Both the position numbers and the translations under genes were made by a program. Of a DNA stretch of 63,302 nt, positions 28,405-37,312 are shown one piece after another (within the stretch, counting starts at the first letter, position 1; each line of letters opens with the position of its first letter). The stretch covers positions 1 through 63,302 of the forward strand of contig CANRDF010000004.1 of NCBI GenBank assembly GCA_947629255.1. The letters run 5' to 3'. This stretch comes from an uncultured Bacilli bacterium (GTDB lineage Bacteria > Bacillota_I > Bacilli_A > RF39 > UBA660). Below the pieces are notes generated by a model. It saw nothing but the letters and a program-made list of their open reading frames with translations. It ran no database searches and was not told the DNA's origin.

Positions 28405-30615
28405 ATGAAATTTCGCGTATCAAAAAAGGATTTTATTATTTTTATTATATTTTGTGTATTTTTGCTATATCTATGTGCTATTGCAGTATTAAACTTTTCG
28501 AGTTTTGCTAGTGAAGGAACGTTTTATGGTTTAAACCCTTTTCCTGCTTTTACAGGAGATAACTTAATTCTTACACTTTTTATGTTTGTTATTGCTTTGG
28601 TGATTATTTTTTCAAGTGTCTCTTCTTATATTTTTGATAGGGAAAAAGGTTCTAAAAAATTATTAACTATTGGTGATAAAGAGGAAAAAGGATACTCTAG
28701 ATGGGCAAGCGATAAAGAAATGAAAAGCGACCGTGGAGTTGTTCATGTAATGAGTAATGATCAACATGTGGAAGGTGCTGGAGTTCCTTTAATTAATGAT
28801 GGAAAAAATATTTGGGTGGATAACAGTGATTACCATTCCATGGTTATTGGTTCTACAGGTTCTGGTAAATCTGAAAGTTTAGTAAAACCTATGGTTAATT
28901 TACTGGCTAAAAAAGGTGAAAGTATTATTGTCAATGACCCAAAGGCTGAACTTTATAAGTATTGTGGTGATTATTTAAAAGAACAAGGATATAATATTAT
29001 TGTTTTAAACTTTCGAGAACCAGATAAAGGAAATGCTTGGAGTCCACTTGCAATGCCTTATTACTATTTTAAAAATGGAAATATGGATAAAGCAATAGAA
29101 TTAGTCGAGGATATCGCGAATAATATTTTAGTTGATCCAAAAAATAAAGATTCTGCATTTTGGGAAAAGTCAGCTGCTGATTATTTTGCTGCTTTAGCAA
29201 TTGGATTATTTAGAGATGCAAAAGAAGAAGAAATTAATTTTAATTCTATTAATGTAATGAGCACTATTGGAGAAGAAAGATTTGGAGGAAGTAACTATAT
29301 TAAAGAATACTTTGCTTTAAAAGGAGAGTCTTCTCCAGAATATATTTCTGGTTCTACTACATTTAATGCTCCAAGTGAAACAAAGGGTGGTATTTTATCT
29401 ACGTTCCGTCAAAAAATTCGTATTTTCTCAACAAGAGAACATTTAGCTGAGATGCTTTCTCATAGTGATTTTGATATGCGAACGATTGGGAGTCAAAAAA
29501 CAGCGGTTTTCTTAATTATTCATGATGAAAAAACAACATATCATAGTTTACTTACTGTTTTTATTAAACAATGTTATGAAACTTTAGTAGAAGTTGCACA
29601 AAGTCAAGGTGGAAAATTAAAATATCGTACAAACTTTATTCTAGATGAGTTTGCTAATATGCCACCTTTACAAGATGTAGATTCCATGGTGTCCGCGGCT
29701 CGTTCTCGTGATATTCGTTTTACTTTTATCATTCAAAACTTTTCTCAGTTAAATGATGTTTATGGAAAAGAGATTGCTGAAACTTTAAAAGGAAACTGTG
29801 GAAACTTAATTTACTTAATTAGTACGGAGATGGCTGCCTTAGAGGAAATTAGTAAAATGTGTGGAGAAGTGAAGAGTAAAGAAAAAGATAAAACAGCTTC
29901 GACTCCTTTAGTCACTGTTTCGGATTTACAAAAAATGAAATTAGGACAAGTTATTATTAAAAGGCTTCGTATGAATCCATTTAAAACAAAACTAGAACCA
30001 GATTTTAAAATGAACTGGGGTATTACTAGAAGAGATATGCCTTTCCCTGAAAGAGAAATGAAACCAATTCAAACTTTTGATATTAAAACGTATGTCTCTG
30101 AAGCTAAAAGAAAACAAATGATGGAAGAGGGAGGACAAAATACAGGATTTAATCCTTTTATGCCAGGAATGAATCCGATGGGAGCAAGTTCCAATCCTTT
30201 TATGGGAGGTTTGCCACCAATGAGTAGTGGAGGTTTTCCAGGTTCCAAACCATCTCTTATGGATGATATGATTCCTGGGATAAATAAACCAGTGTCTAGT
30301 TTGACAAATGAAGAAATTGATAAGATGATTGCTGATATTGATAAAAAATTGAAAGAATTAGATGAAGAGGAAGAAAGAGAAAAAGCCAAATTAGAAAGTT
30401 CAAAAGAACTTCCGATCGTGGAAGAAGAAAAGGTAATCGAAGCACCACAAGTCACAACAGTAGAGAAAGTAGAACCACCAAAAGAAGTGGTGAAAGAAGA
30501 ACCTAAACCAGTGATGGAAGAAAAGCCAAAAATTCATATTGATATGAATTCAGTCCTTATGAATGATAATGAAATTACAGATGATGAATTTTTTGATGAT
30601 TTCTTTGGGGAATAA
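28405..30615 (+). CDS. virD4: VirD4/TraG-family type IV coupling protein
   Basis: Two N-terminal TMs, GYSRWA, Walker A GSTGSGKS, VNDPKAEL, FWEKSA, FILDEFAN, ARSR, IQNFSQL..VYG; long low-complexity C-tail. Confidence 0.92.
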   Translation: MKFRVSKKDFIIFIIFCVFLLYLCAIAVLNFSSFASEGTFYGLNPFPAFTGDNLILTLFMFVIALVIIFSSVSSYIFDREKGSKKLLTIGDKEEKGYSRWASDKEMKSDRGVVHVMSNDQHVEGAGVPLINDGKNIWVDNSDYHSMVIGSTGSGKSESLVKPMVNLLAKKGESIIVNDPKAELYKYCGDYLKEQGYNIIVLNFREPDKGNAWSPLAMPYYYFKNGNMDKAIELVEDIANNILVDPKNKDSAFWEKSAADYFAALAIGLFRDAKEEEINFNSINVMSTIGEERFGGSNYIKEYFALKGESSPEYISGSTTFNAPSETKGGILSTFRQKIRIFSTREHLAEMLSHSDFDMRTIGSQKTAVFLIIHDEKTTYHSLLTVFIKQCYETLVEVAQSQGGKLKYRTNFILDEFANMPPLQDVDSMVSAARSRDIRFTFIIQNFSQLNDVYGKEIAETLKGNCGNLIYLISTEMAALEEISKMCGEVKSKEKDKTASTPLVTVSDLQKMKLGQVIIKRLRMNPFKTKLEPDFKMNWGITRRDMPFPEREMKPIQTFDIKTYVSEAKRKQMMEEGGQNTGFNPFMPGMNPMGASSNPFMGGLPPMSSGGFPGSKPSLMDDMIPGINKPVSSLTNEEIDKMIADIDKKLKELDEEEEREKAKLESSKELPIVEEEKVIEAPQVTTVEKVEPPKEVVKEEPKPVMEEKPKIHIDMNSVLMNDNEITDDEFFDDFFGE

Positions 30616-30693
30616 TAAACTTATTCCTTTTTCTTTGGGTAAATATTATATGCGAAAGTGGATGGATTGCATACCCTAAAATAGGTGGAATGT

Positions 30694-30948
30694 ATGAAAA
30701 GAATTCATTTAAGTGAGTATCGAAAAAATATGGGAGAATTAATTGATTTGTCTAGTACCCAAGATTTTTTGTCTCATCCTACCCCAGGTGCTAAAAATAT
30801 CCCTTATCAAAAATTTATGCTCTATTATGATCGGCTTTTAGATAAGAATAAACCTTATTATTTTATTTGTGAAAAAGGTCTTCACAGTGGGAAAGTCGTT
30901 CGAATGTTAGAGTACTTTGGTTATGATGTTACACAAGTTTTACACTGA
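30694..30948 (+). CDS. Rhodanese-like domain protein
   Basis: LID...F..H.PGAKNIP...YYFICEKGLHS...L..FGY. Confidence 0.8.
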   Translation: MKRIHLSEYRKNMGELIDLSSTQDFLSHPTPGAKNIPYQKFMLYYDRLLDKNKPYYFICEKGLHSGKVVRMLEYFGYDVTQVLH

Positions 30949-31010
30949 GTGTAACATTTTTTCTTGCACTTTATGCGAACAAATGTTACAATTTTCTTGG
31001 TGAGTAAAAA

Positions 31011-32126
31011 ATGGAATATATCATAATTATTTTATTAATTTTAGTACTGATTGGAATAGGAATTTTATGTTTTAAAATCAAAGGAAATCAGCAAAACGAT
31101 ATACAGATGACAGAAAAACTAGGTTTCTTTGAATCAAGGCTTACCAAGGAACTAGGGGAATTCAAATATGAGTTTGCTAAATCTTTACAAAAAGATTTTG
31201 AATTACTTCGAGAAGAAATGGAAAAAAGACTTCTTTTAATTCAAGAGAAAGTAAATGCGAGAATGGATGAAAACTTTGAAAAAACAAATAAAACTTTTAC
31301 GAATATCGTAGAAAGATTATCTAAGATTGATGAAGCTCAAAAGAAAATTGATAGTTTATCCACTGAAATTGTTTCACTGCAAAGTGTCTTAACGGATAAG
31401 AAAACAAGAGGAATCTTTGGTGAAGTCAACTTAAATTATATTTTATCAAGTGTCTTTGGAGAACAAAATCCTAAAATCTATGAACTTCAATATAAATTAT
31501 CCAATGGTTTTGTAGCTGACTCTATTATTCATGCTCCAGAACCTCTAGGTAATGTTTGTATCGATTCTAAATTTCCATTAGAAAACTATGAGAGAATGAC
31601 GAATCGTTCTTTATCTAAAGAAGAAAGAGATATGGCTATCAAACTCTTTAAAATTGATGTTAAAAAACATATTGAAGCTATATCAAGTAAATACATTATT
31701 CCAAATGAAACCGCGGATCAAGCCATTTTATTCTTACCAGCAGAAGCAATATTTGCAGAGATTCATGCTTATCATCCTGATATTTTAAAAGAAGCATATA
31801 ACAAGCATGTTTGGATCACATCACCAACAACTTTGATGAGTACGTTAACAACCATTCATATGGTCATAAAAAATATGGAACGAGATAAATATGCTAAAGT
31901 CATTCAAATGGAATTAAATCAACTATCCATTGAATTCAGTCGTTATAGAGAACGTTGGGATAAACTTTCTCGAAGTATTGATACCGTAAGTAAAGATGTA
32001 AAAGATATTCATAACACGACTGAGAAAATTACTAAAAGATTTGATTCCATCAATAAAGTAGAATTTGGTGAACGAAAAGAGCTTCGAGAAAGTAAAAAAG
32101 AAATCGAAGAACTTCAAGAAGTCTAA
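31011..32126 (+). CDS. rmuC: DNA recombination protein RmuC
   Basis: KTRGIFGE, IDSKFPLENY, FLPAEAIF, TSPTTLM. Confidence 0.93.
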   Translation: MEYIIIILLILVLIGIGILCFKIKGNQQNDIQMTEKLGFFESRLTKELGEFKYEFAKSLQKDFELLREEMEKRLLLIQEKVNARMDENFEKTNKTFTNIVERLSKIDEAQKKIDSLSTEIVSLQSVLTDKKTRGIFGEVNLNYILSSVFGEQNPKIYELQYKLSNGFVADSIIHAPEPLGNVCIDSKFPLENYERMTNRSLSKEERDMAIKLFKIDVKKHIEAISSKYIIPNETADQAILFLPAEAIFAEIHAYHPDILKEAYNKHVWITSPTTLMSTLTTIHMVIKNMERDKYAKVIQMELNQLSIEFSRYRERWDKLSRSIDTVSKDVKDIHNTTEKITKRFDSINKVEFGERKELRESKKEIEELQEV

Positions 32127-32157
32127 ATAAAAATGCTAGTGAGTCACTAACATTTTT

Positions 32158-32970
32158 TTAACGGAAATAAAATAAAACAAATATTCCTAAACACAAACAG
32201 TAAATAGAAAACTTCCAAAGATGTCCTTTTTGAACAAGACTCGATAACCATTTATAAGAAAGATAAGTAACCACGAATGCTGCGATGAGTCCACAAGCAT
32301 AAGGAAGAAGAAGAGTACTTGCTGTTCCCATTTCAATCATATCTTTGACACCAAGAACCATCGAAGCAGCACTGACTGGGAAGTATAACATAAATGTATA
32401 TTTCAAAGAAGATTTACGAGAAAGTCCACAAAGAAGACATCCAACTAAAACAGACCCGCTTCGACTAATACCAGGCATTAAAGCAATCATTTGCATAAGT
32501 CCAATGATAATGGCATCTTTGTAAGTGATGTCATAATCCTCTTTTTTTCCTTTGGAGCCCTTAACTAGGAAAAGTAGGAAAGCTGTGATTAAGAACGCAA
32601 CTCCTAAAATTAAAGTGTTATTTGAGAAATTATCAATCGCATCTTTAAATAACACTCCGGCAATTCCAACGGGAATACTTCCAACAATAATCATTAGGCA
32701 ATACTTAAATTCTTTTGCAACAGTCTTTCTTTTCTTTTTATTAAAAAGATAGATAAAGAAAGAAGATACAAGATGAACAATATCTTTCCAAAAGATAAGA
32801 AGAATTGCTAAGAAAGAACCAAAGTTTACAATAATCTCAAAATTTACATCCGAAAGAGGACCAATATTAAATAAATGTTCTGCCAAAACCAAGTGTCCAC
32901 TCGACGAGATCGGAAGGGGTTCCGTAAACCCTTGTAAAATTCCTAACAAAATATATTTTATAAATTCCAT
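32158..32970 (-). CDS. uppP: Undecaprenyl-diphosphate phosphatase (BacA)
   Basis: QGFTEPLPISSSGHL and PGISRSG. Confidence 0.95.
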   Translation of the reverse strand: MEFIKYILLGILQGFTEPLPISSSGHLVLAEHLFNIGPLSDVNFEIIVNFGSFLAILLIFWKDIVHLVSSFFIYLFNKKKRKTVAKEFKYCLMIIVGSIPVGIAGVLFKDAIDNFSNNTLILGVAFLITAFLLFLVKGSKGKKEDYDITYKDAIIIGLMQMIALMPGISRSGSVLVGCLLCGLSRKSSLKYTFMLYFPVSAASMVLGVKDMIEMGTASTLLLPYACGLIAAFVVTYLSYKWLSSLVQKGHLWKFSIYCLCLGIFVLFYFR

Positions 32971-33038
32971 ACTATCACCTATTCCATTATATAATAAAAT
33001 TTCAAAATAAGAAATAGAATATTTAATAGGAGAGTCAA

Positions 33039-33239
33039 ATGAAAAAATTTTTTATGGCTGTACTTGGCATTTTATTAGTTTCGATTGGTCTTTTCTTTTG
33101 CATTCTTTACTTAAATTTGTTTTCTTTTGGGTATAGTTTTTTGGATTATGTTTATTTTATTATTAGAAGAATAGAATGCCATATTCTTTGGGCAGGTATT
33201 GTTTTATTGTTTTTTGCATTACATAGAAAAGGAGAATAA
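33039..33239 (+). CDS. Small hypothetical membrane protein
   Basis: Two hydrophobic segments, AGGAG RBS, coupled to the next gene. Confidence 0.65.
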   Translation: MKKFFMAVLGILLVSIGLFFCILYLNLFSFGYSFLDYVYFIIRRIECHILWAGIVLLFFALHRKGE

Positions 33240-33241
33240 AC

Positions 33242-33877
33242 ATGCATTATTATTATGATTTGTTAGTGAATTTAGATACAGAGTTATGGGAATTTTATGA
33301 ATGGGAGAATGAAGACCATTTAGTTCCTATTAAAAAAATTCCTCTCATTCGTGTTTTAGAAAGTGACATTAGAAACTTTATGAAATATGAAGTCACGATA
33401 GACCCTGAATGGGTGAATGGCTTAGCCGAGAAAACAATTTTTAAAAATGCTTCGGATAAAACAAATTGTCTTTTATTTTCGAGTACCAAAAATAGTATTG
33501 TTTTAGAATTTGATTCTTATGGAAATGTTGTTTCAAGAAGTAAACTTTTGATTGAAGATGAAAATAATTGTAATGAAGTTTCCTGTAACTTAAAAGAAAC
33601 AGAAGTGCCTTATAAAGTCCATGAAAAATTAGAACTTCGTTCTTTACTTAGACAACAAATGAAAGAAAAACATCTGTTGGAGATTGAACTGAAAACCTTA
33701 AAAGAAAGCAACAATGTTGCAAAGTGCTCTTATCTTTATTATGAATGGTTTGGCGTTTTAGAAAGTGATTTAGATAAAATGATTAAGGATTTCGAAAAAG
33801 ATTTAGCAAATGGAAATATGAAGAAACTTCATAAAATTGTAAAGATTATTCGTTTGTCTTATAAAGGACAACTATGA
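33242..33877 (+). CDS. DUF3603 (YjbA-like) family protein
   Basis: YDLLVN...FYEWENED...KIPLIRV; RSKLLIEDE. Confidence 0.7.
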   Translation: MHYYYDLLVNLDTELWEFYEWENEDHLVPIKKIPLIRVLESDIRNFMKYEVTIDPEWVNGLAEKTIFKNASDKTNCLLFSSTKNSIVLEFDSYGNVVSRSKLLIEDENNCNEVSCNLKETEVPYKVHEKLELRSLLRQQMKEKHLLEIELKTLKESNNVAKCSYLYYEWFGVLESDLDKMIKDFEKDLANGNMKKLHKIVKIIRLSYKGQL

Positions 33878-34407
33878 GAAAATTCTTTGTTCTTTTAATT
33901 CTTTGCTTTTTCTTAACGGGATGTGTAAATATTTCAGCACCTGATGCTGTAAAAGAATATTTAGAAAAAATACGAAATCATGACCAAAATATAGTTGCAT
34001 CTTTAGAGGATAAGGAAGAAAAAGAAAAACTTACGGAAGCTCAAGCAAAACTATATGATTTGATTATGAAAAGACAGTATGTTAATTTAGAATATAAGAT
34101 TGTTCATGAAACATATAATGGAAATCATGCCACGATAGAAGTAGAAATGGAAGTTTATGATTATATTCATAGTCAAAAAGAAGCTTTAGAATATGTTCAA
34201 AAACATCAAAGTGAATTTTTAGAAAAAGATGGAACGATAGACCAAAACAAATATAAAAATTTACAACTCGAATATATGGACAAAGAGAAAAATCGTATTT
34301 TATATACCATTTCATTTGATTGTGTATTGAATGAAGATTCTTGGGAAATTATAGAGCCTAAGACAGTTGATATGGAAAAGATTCAAGGAATATATGATTA
34401 TGAATAG
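33874..34407 (+). CDS. Hypothetical lipoprotein
   Basis: Lipobox FLTGC. Confidence 0.75.
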   Translation: MRKFFVLLILCFFLTGCVNISAPDAVKEYLEKIRNHDQNIVASLEDKEEKEKLTEAQAKLYDLIMKRQYVNLEYKIVHETYNGNHATIEVEMEVYDYIHSQKEALEYVQKHQSEFLEKDGTIDQNKYKNLQLEYMDKEKNRILYTISFDCVLNEDSWEIIEPKTVDMEKIQGIYDYE

Positions 34408-34500
34408 AGTAAGGAGGTATAAAAGGAGAGAAGTGGTAAAAAATCAAAATATAATTTTTTCCTACTTGAATTTTTATTTTATTTTTGATATACTGTATAC

Positions 34501-34609
34501 AGATGGAGGAAACTTCATAAAATAAAAAGGAAGCATTTCAGTTTAGCTATGCTGAATGTCTACCTATAAAGAGTATAGACATTTACATTTTTGTAAGTGT
34601 CATTTTTTT
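34501..34609 (+). ncRNA. Putative antisense antitoxin RNA A
   Basis: Promoter TTGAAT(34466)-N17-TATACT(34489); 5' hairpin ATGGAG-GAAA-CTTCAT; terminator GACATTTACA-tttt-TGTAAGTGTC-A-T7; overlaps the peptide stop and 3' UTR. Confidence 0.7.
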
Positions 34610-34695
34610 ATTAGGAAAATAATTAATATGATTTCCCATAATATGGTGATTACATACTGCAAGACTTTTAAACGATATATATGTCTTTTCGTCAT
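34600..34695 (-). CDS. Putative type I toxin peptide A (31 aa)
   Basis: MTKRHIYRLKVLQYVITILWEIILIIFLIKK; AAAGGGGTG RBS; promoter TTGCTA-N17-TAATAT (34810-34782); homolog at 46499. Confidence 0.75.
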   Translation of the reverse strand: MTKRHIYRLKVLQYVITILWEIILIIFLIKK

Positions 34696-34841
34696 ATTCA
34701 TCACACCCCTTTCTTCTTTAAATTTTGTTATAGAGAGAAGAAAGTGGTAGACACTCAGCAACTAAAATGCTTCCTATGAACATATTAGCACACTTTTATA
34801 ATATTAGCAAGCAAAAAAATGATAATTATCTACTGAAAATA

Positions 34842-34874
34842 AAATTGGTTGTTACGCTGGGTGACAACCAATTT
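34842..34874 (-). terminator. Strong hairpin upstream of module A
   Basis: AAATTGGTTGTTAC-gctgg-GTGACAACCAATTT; T-rich tail on the minus strand. Confidence 0.5.
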
Positions 34875-34945
34875 AACACTTGAAGAATAAAACTTCTTTT
34901 TTTGTCTTTTTTTTGTTATAATTTTTTTAATGAGGACGTGGAATT

Positions 34946-37300
34946 ATGGAAAAATATGAAGAAAATGGTTTGAGTCAAAGTGAAGTGGAAGAAAGAATTC
35001 AAAAAGGACTTGTAAACTTTGATGACCAACCTAAAACAAAATCAATTAAACAAATTATTGCAAGTAACTTTTTTACTTATTTTAACTTTTTAAATTTAGC
35101 TTTAGGACTTGCTGTTTTTCTTTCAGGATTATTTAGTCATCAACTTTTTCAAGGTTTAAAAAATTGTTTGTTTATGGGTGTTATTATTATCAATTCGATT
35201 ATTAGTATTATTGAAGAAATTATTTCTAAGAAAATTATTGATAAACTTTCCATGGTTTCTGAATCGGATATTATTGTTCTTCGTGATGGTAAGAAAGTAT
35301 CTAAAAAATTAGAAGAACTCGTTTTAGATGATGTGATTGAACTTCAAAGAGGACATCAAGTTGTTTGTGATTCTATTGTTTTAGATGGAGAAGTAGAAGT
35401 CAATGAATCGTTAATTACTGGAGAACCTAATTCTATAGTAAAGAAAAAAGGTGACTCGTTGCTTTCCGGTTCTTTTCTAGTGAGTGGAACATGCCTAGCT
35501 AAAATTGTTCATATTGGAAATGAAAACTATGTATCAAAAATATCTAGAGAAGCTAAATACAATAAAAAAGTAAATTCGATTATTATGGATTCTTTTGAAA
35601 AACTTTTAAAAGTGTTATCTATCTGTATTATTCCAATTGGAATTATTATGTTCTTTAGTCAATTTCATGCAAGTGAAGGAGTCGTCACTGATGCAATTTT
35701 TACGACGGTTGCAGCTTTAATTGGAATGATTCCTGAAGGGCTTGTTTTACTTACGAGTTCTGTGATGGCAGTGAGTGTTATCCGTTTGTCAAAATACAAA
35801 GTTTTAGTACAACAACTTTATTGTATTGAAACGTTAGCAAGAGTAGATGTCATTTGTTTAGATAAAACAGGAACACTTACAAAGGGATCAATGAAAGTTG
35901 TGGATACCATTCCTTATAAAAAAGCAACGAAAGAACATTTAAGTGAGATTGTTTCCTTATTTTGTCAAAATGTGAGAGATGCGAATGCTACGATGGAAGC
36001 TTTGCAACAAGAATTTCAACAGGAAGTCACAGATACTGTTGTCGAAGAAATTCCTTTTTCTTCCGAACGAAAGTTTAGTGGAATTGAGTTTAAAAGTCAT
36101 GGAACTATTTATATTGGTGCACCGGAATTTTTGATATCCGATAAAAAATTAATTCCTAGTGATATTGTAAAAAAACAAGAGAATTACCGGGTTTTACTTG
36201 TAGGGACTAGTCAAAAGAAAATTAGTAAAACGCCAAGTGATATTGAAATTTTAGGATACATTCTGATAGAGGATGTCATTCGTGAAGAAGCAAAAAATAC
36301 TTTAGAATACTTTAAATCTCAGGGAGTTGCTGTGAAGATTATTTCAGGAGACCAAGTAAAAACAGTTTTGAATATTGCGGAACGTGTAGGTCTTAAAAAC
36401 ATGAAAGGAATTGATGTGGGAGATTTAAGCGAGGAAGAATTAAAGGGAGCTATCTTAGAGTATCAAGTTTTTGGCCGAGTAAAACCAGAACAAAAAAAGA
36501 TTATTATTGAAACATTACAAAAGAGCGGAAGAACCGTTGCAATGACAGGAGATGGAGTGAATGACGTTCTTGCTTTAAAACAATCTGACTGTGCAATCTC
36601 AGTTGCTAGTGGAAGTGATGCCGCGAGAAATGTGGCTCAACTTGTATTATTAGATGATAACTTTGATTCTTTACCAAAAATTGTTGCCGAGGGAAGAAGA
36701 ACCATTAACAATATTGAAAGAAGTGCATCTTTACTTTTAGTAAAAACGATTTATACCGTTTTACTCATTCTTTTAAGTGTTGTACTATCTGCAAAATATT
36801 TCTTTATTCCTATACAACTTACTTTAATTACCACATTTACGATTGGAACTCCATCTTTCATTTTAGCCTTAGAACCGAACCATGATTTAGTGAAAGGAAA
36901 CTTTCTTTTAAAAGTTGTCAGTCGAAGCCTTCCTGTTGCTTTAACGATTGTCTTTAATGTTCTACTCGTCACATTATTTACTTATACGTTCCATTTATCT
37001 TATGAAATGCAAAGTTCGATTGCTGTGTTCTTAACCGCGATTACAGGATTTATTTATCTTTATAAAATTTGTACACCATTTACTTTACTTCGAATCGTGT
37101 TATTTATGGGATTACTTTTAGGCTTCATCTACTGTGTGTTATTCCAATATGATTTCTTTAATTTAATTCCAATCACACCAGCAAGTGCATTAATTGGCTT
37201 TGTTCTATCCATAGATTCTCTTTATATTTATAAAAAAGCAAACCATTATATGAGTAAGATATTCTCAAAATTAGATCCGACAATTCCTATTGAGTATTAG
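34946..37300 (+). CDS. Cation-transporting P-type ATPase (CtpE-like)
   Basis: ESLITGE, IPEGL, DKTGT, FSSERK, MTGDGVND. Confidence 0.95.
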   Translation: MEKYEENGLSQSEVEERIQKGLVNFDDQPKTKSIKQIIASNFFTYFNFLNLALGLAVFLSGLFSHQLFQGLKNCLFMGVIIINSIISIIEEIISKKIIDKLSMVSESDIIVLRDGKKVSKKLEELVLDDVIELQRGHQVVCDSIVLDGEVEVNESLITGEPNSIVKKKGDSLLSGSFLVSGTCLAKIVHIGNENYVSKISREAKYNKKVNSIIMDSFEKLLKVLSICIIPIGIIMFFSQFHASEGVVTDAIFTTVAALIGMIPEGLVLLTSSVMAVSVIRLSKYKVLVQQLYCIETLARVDVICLDKTGTLTKGSMKVVDTIPYKKATKEHLSEIVSLFCQNVRDANATMEALQQEFQQEVTDTVVEEIPFSSERKFSGIEFKSHGTIYIGAPEFLISDKKLIPSDIVKKQENYRVLLVGTSQKKISKTPSDIEILGYILIEDVIREEAKNTLEYFKSQGVAVKIISGDQVKTVLNIAERVGLKNMKGIDVGDLSEEELKGAILEYQVFGRVKPEQKKIIIETLQKSGRTVAMTGDGVNDVLALKQSDCAISVASGSDAARNVAQLVLLDDNFDSLPKIVAEGRRTINNIERSASLLLVKTIYTVLLILLSVVLSAKYFFIPIQLTLITTFTIGTPSFILALEPNHDLVKGNFLLKVVSRSLPVALTIVFNVLLVTLFTYTFHLSYEMQSSIAVFLTAITGFIYLYKICTPFTLLRIVLFMGLLLGFIYCVLFQYDFFNLIPITPASALIGFVLSIDSLYIYKKANHYMSKIFSKLDPTIPIEY

Positions 37301-37312
37301 AGGAGAAAGAGT

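Larger units (their letters stand above)
34460..34815. repeat. Type I TA-like module, copy A (inverted relative to the 46-kb array)
   Basis: Homologous to 46380-46740 and 45995-46365 across both promoters, leader and 3' hairpins. Confidence 0.9.

Noticed and set aside
12612-30615. Calling the locus an ICE or conjugative element
   Set aside because: No integrase, relaxase, VirB4, VirB6-like gene or flanking direct repeats recognised
34556-34750. ORF-track 64-aa ORF on the + strand
   Set aside because: No RBS, crosses an intrinsic terminator and lies antisense to the conserved 31-aa peptide gene
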